A stretch of 59,931 nt of DNA, the filler included, from Sphacelaria rigidula (Eukaryota), in assembly GCA_964200075.2 (NCBI GenBank). It is 7 parts of 7 records of this genome, joined end to end, with 100 filler letters (N's around TTAATTAATTAA, not from the genome) between each part and the next. Parts side by side here need not be neighbours in the genome. Positions count along the whole stretch, not along the records: positions 17,154 to 25,629 come from CAXNAA020011017.1; positions 25,730 to 34,205 come from CAXNAA020011018.1; positions 34,306 to 42,781 come from CAXNAA020011019.1; 4 more parts are not named here. One strand, given 5' to 3'. Shown here piece after piece: positions 25,621 to 39,500 of this stretch. A program made the translations under genes and the position numbers. How positions within the stretch are numbered: position 1 is the stretch's first letter; each line of letters begins with the position of its first letter. The notes below the pieces were generated by a model. The model had not been told where the DNA came from. It ran no database searches and saw only the letters and a list, made by a program, of their open reading frames with translations.

Positions 25621-25779
25621 TCAAAGCCCNNNNNNNNNNNNNNNNNNNNNNNNNNNNNNNNNNNNNNNNNNNNTTAATTAATTAANNNNNNNNNNNNNNN
25701 NNNNNNNNNNNNNNNNNNNNNNNNNNNNNCAAAAAAAGAAGAAAGCAACAGAAAAGACCAAAGGCAACAGGGAGAGGGA

Positions 25780-25827
<48 letters not shown>

Positions 25828-25840
25828 TCGAGTCTAGTAC

Positions 25841-28800
25841 CTCAACTTCCACCCTGAGCTCGTCGATGGCAGCATCGTGTTCTGCCGAAACCCTGTCGAT
25901 ATCCTCGGGCGTGCCAAGCGACGCCAGACGTCTGTCCTCCTCTTCCAATTGCCTCTTACATTCCATGACCTTCTGGTCCAGCTTGTACTTCGCCTTGTTG
26001 TACAGTTCCTCCTTATACCTCGCCTGCGCGCATTCCAACAAACATCAGAGAATCAACGCTCGCGTGGTCAATCGAGTGTCGCCTACATTCTACTGACGCC
26101 GTAGGTGAGTGTGTCGGGGGTGGGAGGGGGGTAACAGCGCACACACAAACGAACTGCCACGAGAATGATTCGTGCAAACCTATTTGCGTGAATCGGCTTT
26201 CCTTGTCCCACACGCGTGTAAGACAACTATCAACCATGTCGCGTGGTTTCCGCTTTGTTCTTGCTTTTTTGTTGCAAGATAGGTCTCAGTTTAACCCCCT
26301 CTACTCATGAATCTTTGTCGGAACCAGTCCCAAGTCTCGGGGAACCAGCCAATGTCCCCCCTGACACGCGCTTTGCGCGTTATTATTGAGCATCGAGTGC
26401 TGCGTTTGGCACTGTCGCAACTCGCCGATTTTCATAGAACTCAAGTCCGATCGCCCATCCCGTCAGACAAACGGCTGCTAGGATTCAGCAAGCATATTGT
26501 TCCTCGAACACAGTTCCACGAGCACCGAAACGTAAAGGCGCAAGCGCTCGCGTGATTTCTGCCTACATGATAATTGAATGATCAGCGCACAGCCCCTTTT
26601 TCATATTTCATGACAAACATCATGTTATATTCCAAGACCTGTCCTCTGTAAATGAGATACATCACGACGAGAAACACAAAATGAAAACACACGTTTCCTG
26701 CATCCATTTTGTCTCCTCCCCCAAAGGCGAACAAACAGTCAAAGTTTACATACAAGGGTTGGACGAATTGATGATTCGTCTGGACATTACTTGATTTCAG
26801 TGTGATTGATTCTTACCGAACGAATCAATCCTTGGGCTTTGTTTTCAGCGTTGCTACCCATATAGGCGCATCCCAGGCACGCGGAAAGGCGCAAAAATTT
26901 CGTGGAGACCTTTTAGATCATCGGTCGACTTTTCCCCCCTCTTTTGGAGCAGTCAGGCCTGAAAAATGGTGCAGCTGGTGATTCGAACCGGCGATGATTC
27001 GTCCCAACCGTCAAAGAGTAGTTCTTCAGCCAACCGTACCGAGTGCTATATGCTTCAGCATCGGCGGAAACACTCTTCTAGTCGTCTGATCCACAATATC
27101 AGGGCCGACCGGTCACGTCACATTTCTGAACCGCACTCTCTTCCCGAGGGCTGGAAAGCGAACACGTGACACATGTCGGCTACAGGCCACGTCCCATCAT
27201 CATGACAAACAAGCCCAACAAATCACGTCAGCGCGAACTAAGGGGCACTTGAGGTTTTTTCGTGTAGATGTTTCGTTCCTCGCCTTCTTCTGCGGGCTGT
27301 TTGGGTTATGGGTATATGGGTGGTATGCTCCTTGCACTCTTTGACCACGGGTTCGAGAGATCGAGCTGATGTGACGGATATCACGGTAATAATAATGATG
27401 AGGGTGACAGTTTTTTACCGCCACTCACCCAGGTCATCATGTCGTCAGACGTGGTCAGACTTTTGTGAAAATGAGGTTAGTTCACGTGATGAAAGTATGT
27501 TCCTGGAGATAGGGCAAGGAAGACTTACACCGTTTTCAATGCGCTGGAACAAGTTTGACCGCGACACAGAAAGGTCAAACTGATGTGATCGAAAAAGCAC
27601 CAGCGAGGTAAGGTGGCTGAGTTTTGGGGTTTCCTGCAGACCGCGCCGCACTCTTTAGGGGAGGCGTGCCGTGAAAAACTCAGCTCACCCAATCAGTTGC
27701 TTGTGTGTGTGAAAACATTGCTTGCAACTCATGAGCGACTTGTAGAGGCCTTTATTCTGCTCTTCTGATTGTTTCTGAACAACACGTAAATTGCTTCCAT
27801 GAGGCCATAACACGGGGCTGGGGTGCCTGAACTGAGCGATACCTCACCCCCTGACTACGGTAATCAGAGGGGACAAAACGGCAATTGCTGACGTTGACAC
27901 TCGAGCTCACCGAATCATGACTGTCACCTGAAGATGGCATTACCATTTGTATCGACAGTGTCAAGTAAACGCACCTGGTTGACATGCCCCTGAAGTTGGC
28001 CCTCAATGTCCGTGATCTCCTCCTCCACTTTATCCTCGACCACCAGCAAGTTGGACAGTTCCTGAAAGAAGTTCAACAACGGTCATATTACATGTTATGC
28101 CAATTTAAAATAATATTCCAAACATGTCATATTCTCAAAATTAGGTGGGTCGAAGACAAAACAGAAGGTTTGGGCTCTTGTCACGGGCAAGAATAAGATA
28201 AAACTCTCAAGCACGGTATCGATCCGGGGTAAAGAAGAAAACCTTGCACACACGCATCAGACAGCAATTTCGAGAAATTTCGAACGATTAGGCGGTCACA
28301 CCTACGGGTGGGAGGTCAGGCGCCATCCACGGAAGTCCGAATGCCCACCTGCAGTACCGGATCTTTCAAGGTTAGCCATATTTTTTTCTTTTTTTGTGTT
28401 ATCTATTCCTGTTTCGCTTGTATCGCATTTGTGACTTTTTCTGAGTCTATTTTTGTTATTTTGTTTTGTTTGATTTCCTCACACCTTACAGGTAAGTAGC
28501 TAGCCTGTGACCACGGAAGGCGTCCGCATCAGACGCCCAGTCCGAATGTCCGCGCAGATATCGTAACAGTTTTTATGCGGAGACGAACAACAACAACAAC
28601 CTACCACGTGCGCCGTTTAAATTATCGTCACCAAGAACAACGGTATAGACGTCATGAAATCCTTGCACATATGAAGCGCCGTATTTTTCATGGATGGTCC
28701 GACAGGCATACACTTGCTCGACTACGGCGGATGATCTCCTGTGCTCACCAAAATACAGATATCGACATACTGTACTACAAGTATACCTGGGTATCTTGCG

Positions 28801-31800
28801 CTCGCGCGACAAAATTCCAGTCTTCGCTATCATATCCCTTCGCTGTTCAGTATGTCTCGAATCGACATGAAAAGTGGAAAATCATGTAGTTTGGCGGTGT
28901 GTTGCTGACAAAAAAATATTTCCATACCACGTTGCCATCGACTACACCAAACCAAGCGCCACATTTTCTTCGACAACACAGTATCGGTACGTTTTTGTCC
29001 CTCAAACCCTACTCATGCATGAGTGAAAATAACCAGACCCGCGGTGAGCCGGACGAAAAATATAGTTCGGTTTATTCAACGAAAAATGCATCGCAGACTG
29101 ATTTCGCGGCAAGGACCACGGGAATGCCTTTTTTGTTTTCCAACTCTTCGACGCTGACAAGTTCCGAGGTTACACGGTTCCCCAGGGAAAAGACTTCCCC
29201 CACCTTACCCCAGATGATCATTCTCTTCATCCATGACAACAACCGCTTTTCACGAAGCGGTACTACAGTGGAGATACCAGCATAGGGTCGCCAGTCCGGC
29301 ATAACCGCACAAAAGCGGGCCCCGCACTATTCTGGTGCAATTCGAGGATCAGTTAACGTGCAACAATCAACCATCCGATCGAACAACCAGTGAGGCGAAT
29401 CGGACTTGTAACAAGTGATCTCGACAACACTGTGGTGAGATTATGAACATGACCAAGTAGGATGTCGTCACCACGCTGTCGATGGGGGTTGTCCGTGCTC
29501 GAGGCAGAAAAAAAAACGGGGGGTTCTCCACGTCAAAGTCGGGGCTACCGGTCCCAACGGTCAGCCGAAGATACTATTCCGAAATTTGGCCTCGCGCACA
29601 AAACGCTTCACAGACACACGCTCGCGAATTACACCGTATCGGAAAAGCCGATCAACACTTTCACTGCTCGTCGCCATCACCCCCAAGGAGATCGATCCAC
29701 GCTTCCACCTCTTCCAACACGCTCGACCAGGGTCCATGCAGTGGAACAGTAGTACCTGTCTCAACTCCTGCGTCCTGCGCATGATGGCACCTTTGACGTT
29801 GGCCAGGGCCGGACGAACCTCTCCCCTGACATCGATCGACAGCAGCCCTTCATCCTCCGTGAGCTTGCTCTCGTCCAACTTCGCCTCGTACTCCACCCCG
29901 TCGGCGTTCTACATGGCACAGTGAGCCGGGACAGTCAATGCAGCAACCACAAGTTACGATTTCATGGGTAAGAAACCCAGGGCTGTCAACCTTGAGAAAG
30001 TGACTACAATACACTCAAGAGAGAGGAAGAGGGTGGAGGCCTAGGAACTGCGGGTGATCGGCTAAATCACAATTGTGGACAACAGAGAAGCACACACGTC
30101 TTTCCTCTGCTCCGCGGCTCGCTTCGTGAGTTCGAGAGGACTGCTCTCCATCGCGGGTCTGAAAAAAAAAAATGTGTGAGTACACGGCCTCAGTCGTTCA
30201 GGGCACGCCGTCTGCACGACTGTAACATATCGACCAGGTGTCCCACACAAATGGACGAAGCAACGTCGGACGGCGAGACGGCGGAACCAATTAACGATAA
30301 CTAACTTTCGAGATTCCATCAATCATCTGCGAATATCTATATTGCTTCCCAGTATCCATCCCCCGTGTGCAGCTATTTTGATAAGTGACCTCACTGCCAG
30401 AGACGTCAGTGTTGTGGCCCGATCAGGTAATAATACCACTGGCTGTCAACATAAGACTACAATAAATTCGACCCCATAGAAATATGTTTGCGAAAAAAGT
30501 CCTGATTGATCATTTGATGAAATTTCGGGTTGGTAGGTAGTTGGTTGGTTTGAAATATTTTCCATCTGTTAGTTTTTCGTCGGAGAGGAACAATACCAGG
30601 CATTCATCGATTGGGCATTCCTTTCATCACCATCACCATCACCTTGTCGACAAGCTGAAACTCCTTGACCTTGCGGTTGTACGATGTCGCTACCTCCTTC
30701 ACCGCTTCAAGAGACGTCGCCAGCTGCTCTTCCAGCGCCCAGTTTTTCTGTTCCCCGTGTCAATCATGAAACAATGTAAAAAGACCCGTTTTGAGACGAA
30801 CGAGAAAAGACATATCCACAAGAAACAGGAGCATAAAAAGGAGAAGAAGTTGTCGAGTTATCATCTCAATCACCAACGTGGAGCGTGACGACAATCACAT
30901 TTACCGTGCAGTGTAAAATGACACCTTAGATAATACGTGGTACCGGAAGAGCGTACTCCGTAGGTGAACTACGACTTCCGGGCGAGTGGTTGTCGGGGAC
31001 TTCCGGTACCATGCCGGTATCCACAGTATCATGTCAGGGTACGTTGAATATCAACCCCTGCAGAGTATCTGGACCCCGAAAATGTACGACCCTCCATGCC
31101 ATCGATAGCCTTTGTAGCCCAAGCACGTAACCCACCGCACCATGGTAAAACTTCACACTGCGAAAATCATCCGCGGACATGCACCGTACCGCGGGGCACA
31201 AGAAAAATGAGTCCATTTTCCCCAGGGCACTTGACGTTACACGTCACAAATCACGCCAGATTAGTACCACAGTGACCACATGGTCACGCACCGTAGTACT
31301 TGCCTGGCCTGCCGCGTAATTTGATTGGACTCGACTATAAACAGGGCTCCGCGTGTAGCGAATTTTGTGACGTGTAACTTCGAGAGCCCTGCTTTTTTGT
31401 ACGCGAAGAAGGCGATGTATTCGATTGATCCATTAGTCCATTACTTATAGCACATAAACTGTTCCCCGCGAAATTTTGTCGTGGTCACAACATACCCGCC
31501 ACCGAGGCGAAAAAATTGTCGGGACACTGGCTAAAAGAGTACAAACGAAAAAAAATAATACAGATGTCCTGCCCGGGAGCACTGTACCTCATTTCAAACA
31601 CCTTCTGTACCGTACTCACGTTGCGCTCGGTGGCCTTGGCTTCCTGTGCGGCAACGATGGCGTCCTTGACCCTACGCCGTTCGGCTTTCTGCCTCTCCAC
31701 GTCCTCGGCGCTCAACTCCTGCTTAGAGATCTGTTCGCGCAGGACCCTGTTCGCGTCTTCCACGGGAACCACGGCTTCCTGCTCGGTGAAAGTTGTTCGT

Positions 31801-33237
31801 TGTTTTGTCCGACGCAAATTGGAACACCCCAACAGTTCGACCAGAGAGACAGCGAGAGACAGACAAAAAGAGAGACAGAGACAGACAGACGGAGGGCAGG
31901 GAAATGTATGTAAAACGGTGGTACAGTTAGCGCCAACCCGTTGTCAAGTCTAACGCTTGAGAACCGCTTGCTTCAGGATGGATCATCATATATTTCCGCA
32001 TCTTTTGGGGGAGGGCAGTCCCGGATGCTCGATCTCATTCGCAGCACATGATATTGCTCGAGTCGGCCCGCCTGGCGCTGATCGAGCTCCGGCAACCTAA
32101 ACCATACGCCTGGAGCACCCCTATATCCCCATCGCCCGAAGGATCTCCCCATGGCTTGGGTTGTGGATGGGATGAGGGTTGAGGGTACATATTACTCTGC
32201 AGAAAAAGCACAACATCGCCGTCTCTTCTCCGTTCCCCCTACCCAACAAAACACTGATTTTTGCCAGAAAAAGGTATGTTTACAGCTTTGCTTGCTTGCT
32301 CTAGCAATCCTCCAAAAATCACCTTGAGCCGTTTTTCCTCCTCGAGCCTTGCATCAATCTTGTCCCGGAGGGTTTGCTTGTGTTCCTTAAGCCTCTCCAC
32401 CATAGTGCTGTACTTCTCCTTATCTGAAAGAGCCGCTCGTCGCCGTTCCTCCAGCATAGGCAAAGAATTATTGTGTTCCTCGAGCTGCTCGGCGCGAAAT
32501 GACGGGAGAAAAAAAAAAAAATCACAAACGCAGGCGCGAGTGCGAGGTGAGGCGGAATAACCCCATCCGTGGGAAGGGCAATATGTCCTCGACAAACACG
32601 TGTGGCAATCCCTCGTCATCTTTCAGGGTATTTTCACATCACCCCCCCCCCCCCCCCCTCCGCCCCCCTGTGAGCCTCAAGAGTGGTCGCATCTGGATGT
32701 ACACATCGAAGATTTATGTCACAAGATGCTCACACGAAAAAGAATCGGTTCAGCAGCGGCTTGGAGTACAAGCCGCGTCTATCAGCGGAGAAACAGTGGT
32801 ATTCAGAAAGGTATAGCACCTATTCCTACCCCACGCTGGAACGCTACAGTACGCCACGCTAGAAATTTCCGCGAAGATTTACCCAATGCCTGACAAAAAA
32901 ATTTAGAGCAAAACAAAAACAGGGCATCAAGCCTGCAATTCTTCATCAGGAAGCAGCAAGCTTGCGATTATGAGAACGGTCTACACGTCTTGGAAGGCTC
33001 GTGTATCATACATGAAGGAAAGTGCGCATTCTCGCAGCTTACATCGGTCTTCTGTTGTCGTAAGCGGTCGCACGCCTCACGCAGCTCCGCTGCGCGCTGC
33101 TCTGATCGCACCCTGTTCTCATCTCGAGCGCTCTCGAAGTCCTGGGTCATTTTTTCGTAGGCATCGTCGTCGCCCTCCAAAAACCACGCGTACGCCTTCC
33201 ACAGGAAATCGAGGTAGTCCTTGTCGTAATCTCCACC
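25841..33237 (-). CDS. NDC80: Kinetochore protein NDC80/HEC1 (internal part, 7 exons)
   Basis: Minus-strand GT-AG exons, all multiples of 3: 33237-33043 (YLDFLWKAYAWFLEGDDD), 32484-32323 (DKEKYSTMVERLKEHK), 31778-31620 (KQELSAEDVERQKAER), 30747-30643 (YNRKVKEFQLV), 29908-29756 (NADGVEYE...DVRGEVRPAL), 28061-27975 and 26023-25841. The Y..FL.GDD hairpin, Q.LS..DV.R...ER and the NA.G loop motif in this order match NDC80. Confidence 0.85.
28290..28599 (+). mobile_element. Short LINE/SINE 3' end with (CAA)n tail in NDC80 intron
   Basis: T-rich tract followed by TAGCCTGTGACCACGGAAGGCGTCCGCATCAGA...ACAACAACAACAAC, matching 25038-25156. Confidence 0.7.
31223..31391. mobile_element. Small MITE-like inverted repeat (CAGGG termini)
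   Basis: CAGGGCACTTGACGTTACACGTCACAAA ... TTTGTGACGTGTAACTTCGAGAGCCCTG. No TSD visible. Confidence 0.55.
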
Positions 33238-33425
33238 CTGTTGTTGTGTGCACAAATCGACACAGGAACACAAACGCATACGTGCAAACGGGGGCGAATC
33301 GTGTTATTTCGAAGTATTAGAGCCATGAGAAGGCGTTTCTTCTCGGCCAACCGTCCATCGCAGTGTCAAACGGTGTGTGAATAAATGTGGTAGATCTATC
33401 CCACGATCATAAACGTGAAATCTTA

Positions 33426-34043
33426 CGAGCTAGGCCAGCTCAATAGGCGGCTAAAAGTTGCTCACACCACAGTTTTCCCAGTTTCCCGAATGAAGCCGAT
33501 GTAAGCATATCACAGTGAACTGCAGACTCACCTGACGACAAAGGACTGCGTCGCTGTTCGATCGACGTCGTATTGCCGATGACGTCATTGTATTGCATAG
33601 AGTACGGGGTGCGTCTCATATCGTTGGGCGATAGCGTGTCGGGATGCTTTTTATTTTTAATGCGGTGGGTTCACGTCAGCAATCACCCCGCACTACGTAT
33701 AAGTGGGGTGCAGCAGCATCACGCAAAACGTTGCACGCACGCCCCAATTCGACGACTCTTGGGCTGAAATTCCACGAAGATCTTCTGCGCCCGAGCAAAT
33801 TATACATGCCCGGGAGAAGCTGCAGATTTTTCATTTTTTTTGGACTTACGACATGAACTTGTTTTCCCTGAAATTTCAAATCCCCATGACTTCCTGTTTT
33901 TTGTTTTCTTTCTTCGCTGCTCTGGTCATATCCTGCATGTTGATTATAATGAGCTGCTGTCAAGATTCCAGCGTCCAACTCCTAGTATGGCGCCGTGCGT
34001 CGCCTGGGCGACAAAACCGCCCACTGTTGGCTGGCCCAGCTCG
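33426..34043. mobile_element. Tc1/mariner-type MITE (TA TSD)
   Basis: TA|CGAGCTAGGCCAGC...GCTGGCCCAGCTCG|TA. Same termini as 38030-39323 and the lone end at ~51880-51896. Confidence 0.75.
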
Positions 34044-34143
34044 TATCATGTATTCACGCTGCACGGTAGCTCCTCCTTGCAAAAATGCTTCGTAATAATC
34101 TACAGCTTGGACAAAATATGGTCAAGAGTTGCAATAGAAAACG

Positions 34144-34145
<2 letters not shown>

Positions 34146-34203
<58 letters not shown>

Positions 34204-34205
34204 CG
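34146..34205 (+). repeat. (GT)n microsatellite at contig end
   Basis: Direct reading of the sequence. Confidence 0.95.
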
Positions 34206-34305
34206 NNNNNNNNNNNNNNNNNNNNNNNNNNNNNNNNNNNNNNNNNNNNTTAATTAATTAANNNNNNNNNNNNNNNNNNNNNNNNNNNNNNNNNNNNNNN
34301 NNNNN

Positions 34306-34359
34306 AGAAGAAATGGTGAATTTGGTGATTTTGAGTCGTGATGATTTGTCCTAACCGTG
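34306..34359 (-). mobile_element. Terminus of a CACGG-ended repeat family
   Basis: 53/54 identical to the reverse complement of 42728-42781. A more diverged copy starts at 39998 (CACGGTTAGGACGAATCGTCATGACC). Confidence 0.75.
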
Positions 34360-34403
34360 AAATATTTGCTCCCCTGACGTTGCGACATTCACTCGAACGG
34401 CAG

Positions 34404-36511
34404 ATCTGTAATCCGGGGGATCGGTACAGAGGCGCGGACGCGAGCGCGGAGGGTGTGCAGCGCGATCTGCTCCCCATGATCGAGGGGTCGACGGTTAGCA
34501 CCAAGCATGGGAACGTGAAGACGGACTTCATTCTCTTCATCGCTTCGGGGGCGTTCCACACGTGCAAGCCCAGCGACCTACTGGCGGAGTTGCAGGCTAG
34601 TATATTTTTTTTCATGTCCACAGTATAGGTCAGAGTCCCCATCTGTAGTGCGATAGGTTACCGGCCTGGGCATCTGGCATGATTGTACTTTGTTGGCACC
34701 CCGCACTGGTTTTTCTCGTCACACTCCAAATTTCCCGCTCTAATTTTCGGGATGGGTCTGGATTCTCGAGAGATCATCGGTCTATCTCTCCCGCGGTACC
34801 TGATTGACATTTTGTGCTGTGGAGCGTCGGATCAAAGCATCCCTGCAGCCCGTCAACTCCCGTAGTTGGTTTTGGTCAAGCCACGCCCATTCGCATTCCA
34901 CGACAGAAGTATAAACAATACAAGGACAGGTTGAGTAGAGCATACTCAATCGCGGGATAATTTCAAAGTCGTACTTGAAGTACACAAATTAAGGATGGAG
35001 TTTTAGGGGTCGCTTTCCAGATATTTTTCGGGTACGACTTCCAACACTCTACCCTAATTCGAGTACCTCAAGTACGTCTTTCAAAATACCCCGTAATTGA
35101 GTATCCTCTACTCGACCTGCCCTTGAAACAATATGCACGCATGACTTTCGGAATTCGAAACCACTGATTTGCCCGAACTGGCTGGTCATGCACCAGTTTC
35201 ACCGCTGGGGCACGGCGGTTTACTTGACGTTACAGCGGGTCAGATTTGTGTGGGACGATTTCGACCGCATCCTGGTGGGACACCGCACTATGGCGGGACC
35301 CCCGCCGTACTGCAAACCAGCATTCGTAGATGTAAGCGTCGACGATAGTCACTGTCACCGCCACGTGGTATAGCACCCCCTTTATAAAAAACGCCCCCCG
35401 TAGACGATGCTTCGGCTTCATTCGGCACCATCTCGGGATCTAGAGTACTGCACAGGGATACGTGGTTTAATCCCCCCTCTCCTTCCCATGCTCCGTCTCT
35501 AAAGGGATGCGTGGTCAATGGTCAAACGACTAAGGCAAGCAACAAATGAGTACACCCCCTCCAACCCCGCCTCAATCCAATACCACCCCCTGGTGACGGC
35601 TTTCCGGGTCCCAGAACGTTATTACTCAAGAGATCAATAAGAACGTTGTGTATGGCACTAGAGTCTGCCGCGCTAGCCGTACTTGATACATGTTGAGAAC
35701 AGGAAATGAGCAGAAACACATGAAGAGACTGGTGTTGTTTGGTCAGGGTAGCTTGGATACGGAGTGATACGGATCTCTCATCAAACGATACGAATGACTG
35801 AAGAAATAACATGTTCTTCTGATTGAACGGTTGTGTTTTCAGGCTCGATTTTCAGAGTAAGGACTTCCGCGTGTACAATACGCAGGCACCTACCTGCTTC
35901 CGGGAATACCTTTGCGTTGGCATCAATCGTGAAACGCTCCCGTGCGATGTCGCCTTCCATTGTATCGATGGCTTGCCAGGTTTATCATCATGAACCTTCC
36001 TGTTCGTTTTTTGTTTGTTTGATGGCTTGACATTCATCATATCGTCAACCAAACGACTGGATACAAGTTCGATGACCTCTCCTCAAGAGTCGTCTCCGCC
36101 GAAGTGTATTTGCCTCGACGCTACATTGAGCTGTCTGTTTTAACTGTGTCCTCTCACACTGCCTCCTCCCTTGAGGTTAGGCTTCTACTTAGCATGCTAG
36201 CACGGTTTTACGTATTACCGATCCCACATCATTTTCAAGATTAACGAATTCTTCAAAAAACGTGCTAGCATAATAAGTAGAAGCCTACGTGAGGTGCCAT
36301 CAAGTGCAAAGACGAGATCGTTTTGCTCTGTCGAGAACAAGCGCAAAAAGTTATGGAAGATGATCCCACGTCCAACAATAGCCCGAAAATACACTACGGA
36401 GATCATCTGCTTCAGGACGGAAGCACGGGTTGCCTGGAATCACCGGAAACAACCGTACTTGGCGGAAAATTATTATTATCCTTGTTTTCTTGTTGTTGTT
36501 GTTGTTGTTGT

Positions 36512-36573
<62 letters not shown>

Positions 36574-39500
36574 TTTGGCGGAAAAAGCGGCGCTTATTGT
36601 GCGGCTTTTAGTGTGAATAGGCAGAATTTCTGTGTCGTAACCGCTGCGTGATGTGCCACAATCGATCAACCAGCCAATCAATCAACCAGTTAACCTACAA
36701 GACAGCTTACAATGCCAACGCCAATTGATGAGTTGTAGCTCTGGTTCGTAGCTATCACCTGTGGGTGTGTTGGCTTGATGCGACGTCCTCCTCATTGAGA
36801 GAAGCTGTGATCAAAAGCGACGAAACGCTTGCGTGTAAACACAGAGATCGTATTCATCCGGGTCTTAAGGACGCCTCCCGACAAGGAGGGATGTAGATGA
36901 TGCGAGGGGACGGTGCACGCGTGGGGAATGAAGCGTGTTTCGTGGAGGATAACATTTGATCTTGTGTAAGTAAGGGCTTCTGCTGGTCCCATCTTGCGCA
37001 TCAAGTGTCAACCGGGTCAATGATTCGCCACGACTGCCCCTCCGGCGTCCCGAGAAGCTTCGTGGCGAAAATATCTGACGTTATTATTATATTAGTATTA
37101 TGCTATTGATACTACTGATATTGAATATTGTCAATATTATCAGCTTTAATAATATTATTCGTATCATTTCCGCCCATTAGCTCGATCTCTCGAGCCAGTG
37201 AACACAAACGCTAGTGTTGGTACAACCGGTTTGTACGTCCAATTATGTCCGGGTGTTTCATGTGGTTTTCACGTGGTGGCTAGCTTAGCTACTGTAGTGC
37301 TTTTCTGGTGAGCCTTTTTCGCGTTTTTTTTTCGCCAATTATTCGTGTCTTGCATGTTTTTTTTTTTTTTTCAGGGGCGGCTTCCTATCCGCGTCCAACT
37401 GAAGGGCCTGACGGAAGAGGACATGTACCGAATATTGACGGAGCCAGTAAACAACCTAATCCGGCAACAGGTGGAGCTTCTCAAGACGGAGCAGGTCAGG
37501 CATAAGTTCACATTTTGTAAGAGTCTTCGCCTCATGTTGTTGTGTCTGTATTTGTCCCGTACTGCCCGTAGCGAGGAAATCATTTGCTGTAAGGTATAAC
37601 ACTTTTGTACGCTGTATAGGGAGCCTCCACTACATGCCGTTATAATCTGCCCCTTGCACTGTAGTACACTACACTGTGTCGCGCTGAAGAGACTCCACAT
37701 GCCACGAACATCGCTGCCACAATTTCTGGTTAGAGCAGGAGATGCAATATTATCTCGATCTAACTTTGAGATGACACCGCTCTCATGAAACGTAGTGCAC
37801 GCAACCCCCCCCCCCCCACGATGGGCTACTTACTGGCAGGAAATATCACACGGGTGACGAAAACTTTCAAAACGATATAAATGGACGGCCTACAGAGCGA
37901 TACTCGAGCGTCGGCTCGCCATTCTGCAGGACATGGGTGCCAACATTTTGTAGCATGCTTGTGGGCCTCGATATCATACCCGTATCCCTCTTCGCGTAAC
38001 CTTCTTCGAACTTTTTCGATATTTTCATACAGGCTGGGCCAGCCTACAAGCGGATTTGTACTTTGCAGGCAAATTCGCGATTTTTTTGTTGGAGTTGGAA
38101 AGTGAAATTTGGTATGAACAATCAACAGGGCATGAAGAAAAGCTGTCTGTGAGGTCCCGAAGTTTTCTTTTCAATTTTTCCATGAGTTGAGGGCATTTTA
38201 CTAAAACGAAGAAAAGCTGTCTGAGGTCCCGCAGTTTTTTTTCAATTTTTCATGAGTTGAGGGCATTTTACTAAAACCTCAAAACTGATTTTTGCCCTTA
38301 ACTCATGGAAAAATTAAGAATAAACTTCGGGACCTCACAGACAGCTTTTCTTCATGCCCTGTTGATTGTCCATACCAAATTTCACTGTCCAACTCCAAGA
38401 AAAAGATTGCGGATTTACCTTTGAAAAATCGGGCTGGCGCAAACTCGGAACAGTATTTTACAGGCCGTTTATCGGCCCACGTTTGGTGTTGGTGGGTTGA
38501 AACTTTGTGCGGGACCTCGCTAGGTCATGATCAACCATGAAAAATAGGAGAGGTTGAGTTTTATTTTCATTTTTCACTGACTGAGGGAATTTTAGTATGG
38601 TAACGACCATTTTTTCACGATAACGCCCGAACCTCTCATGAAAATATAAAAATGTAGGCCCATTTTTTTTTTTACTCAACATACCTCTGTCGTTCTCCAT
38701 ACCAATTTTCAAATCACAGTTCTAAACCTTGAGCTGAAAAATTGAGATGAGGCTCAGGAGCAATGTTCATTTCTCCTCAAAACTCCCCTAAAAACACGAA
38801 AAAAGATAGAAAAAACGAAAACAAAATCCGGAAAAGCTGTATTTTTGTATTTCATTGTGCACTAGCGCTTCTCCATACCAAATTTCATAGCACAACTCTC
38901 AAAACCTGAGACGCGATATCCAGATTTAGGTCATCTAGTGCCTCTGCTCGTAATATACTGATTTTAGGATGGAAATTCATGTGCGCCATTTCTCGAGATA
39001 GATTACGAATTAGGTGAAAGTGAGAGTATCTATCGTCTCCCCGTGCTCCAGGGAAAGTCCACACCAAAAATCGTCATTATCCACTTGATCGATCGTTCGG
39101 GGTTTCGTATAGATTTTAGTGTAGACGCTCTCTCCGCTAGGTATAGGAATTACTAGACATGGAGTTTACTCGACGAGAAAAAAATGGCCCAGAATTTTGA
39201 GCAGATGGGCACCTTCCCCTTGATTAGACAATTAGTACGATATGCGGATCACGGCCCAACTCGTCTGTGTCGTTGAGATATTGCTTTTAGAGCTTGAATC
39301 CGTTTTTAGGCTGGCCCAGCTCGTAGCGATCGGAAAAGTCCCGCCGGCACTCACACGCCCGAACGGTATCATGTGGCGTCATCATCTGGAGGATCAGACT
39401 AGTGCAGGGTCTTGACTTTGCTTTTCACACATTTTCTTCGGATATTTGTGATCTCTGGCGCACGAGCGTTCACGCCGTGGGTGCATCGTCGAATTTTCCA

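Noticed and set aside
25588..25823. Poly-C and poly-G runs facing each other across a gap as a hairpin or G4 switch
   Set aside because: They are on different contigs. Homopolymers are common near assembly breaks.
33530..33600. Additional NDC80 exon (good GTGAGT donor on minus strand)
   Set aside because: It lies inside the TA-flanked MITE 33426-34043 and its translation lacks NDC80 calponin-homology motifs.
36294..36651. ORFs with poly-Ser/Val/Cys tracts (also 10978-11292, 33840-34253, 40707-41024)
   Set aside because: These are translations of microsatellites or low-complexity intronic tracts.
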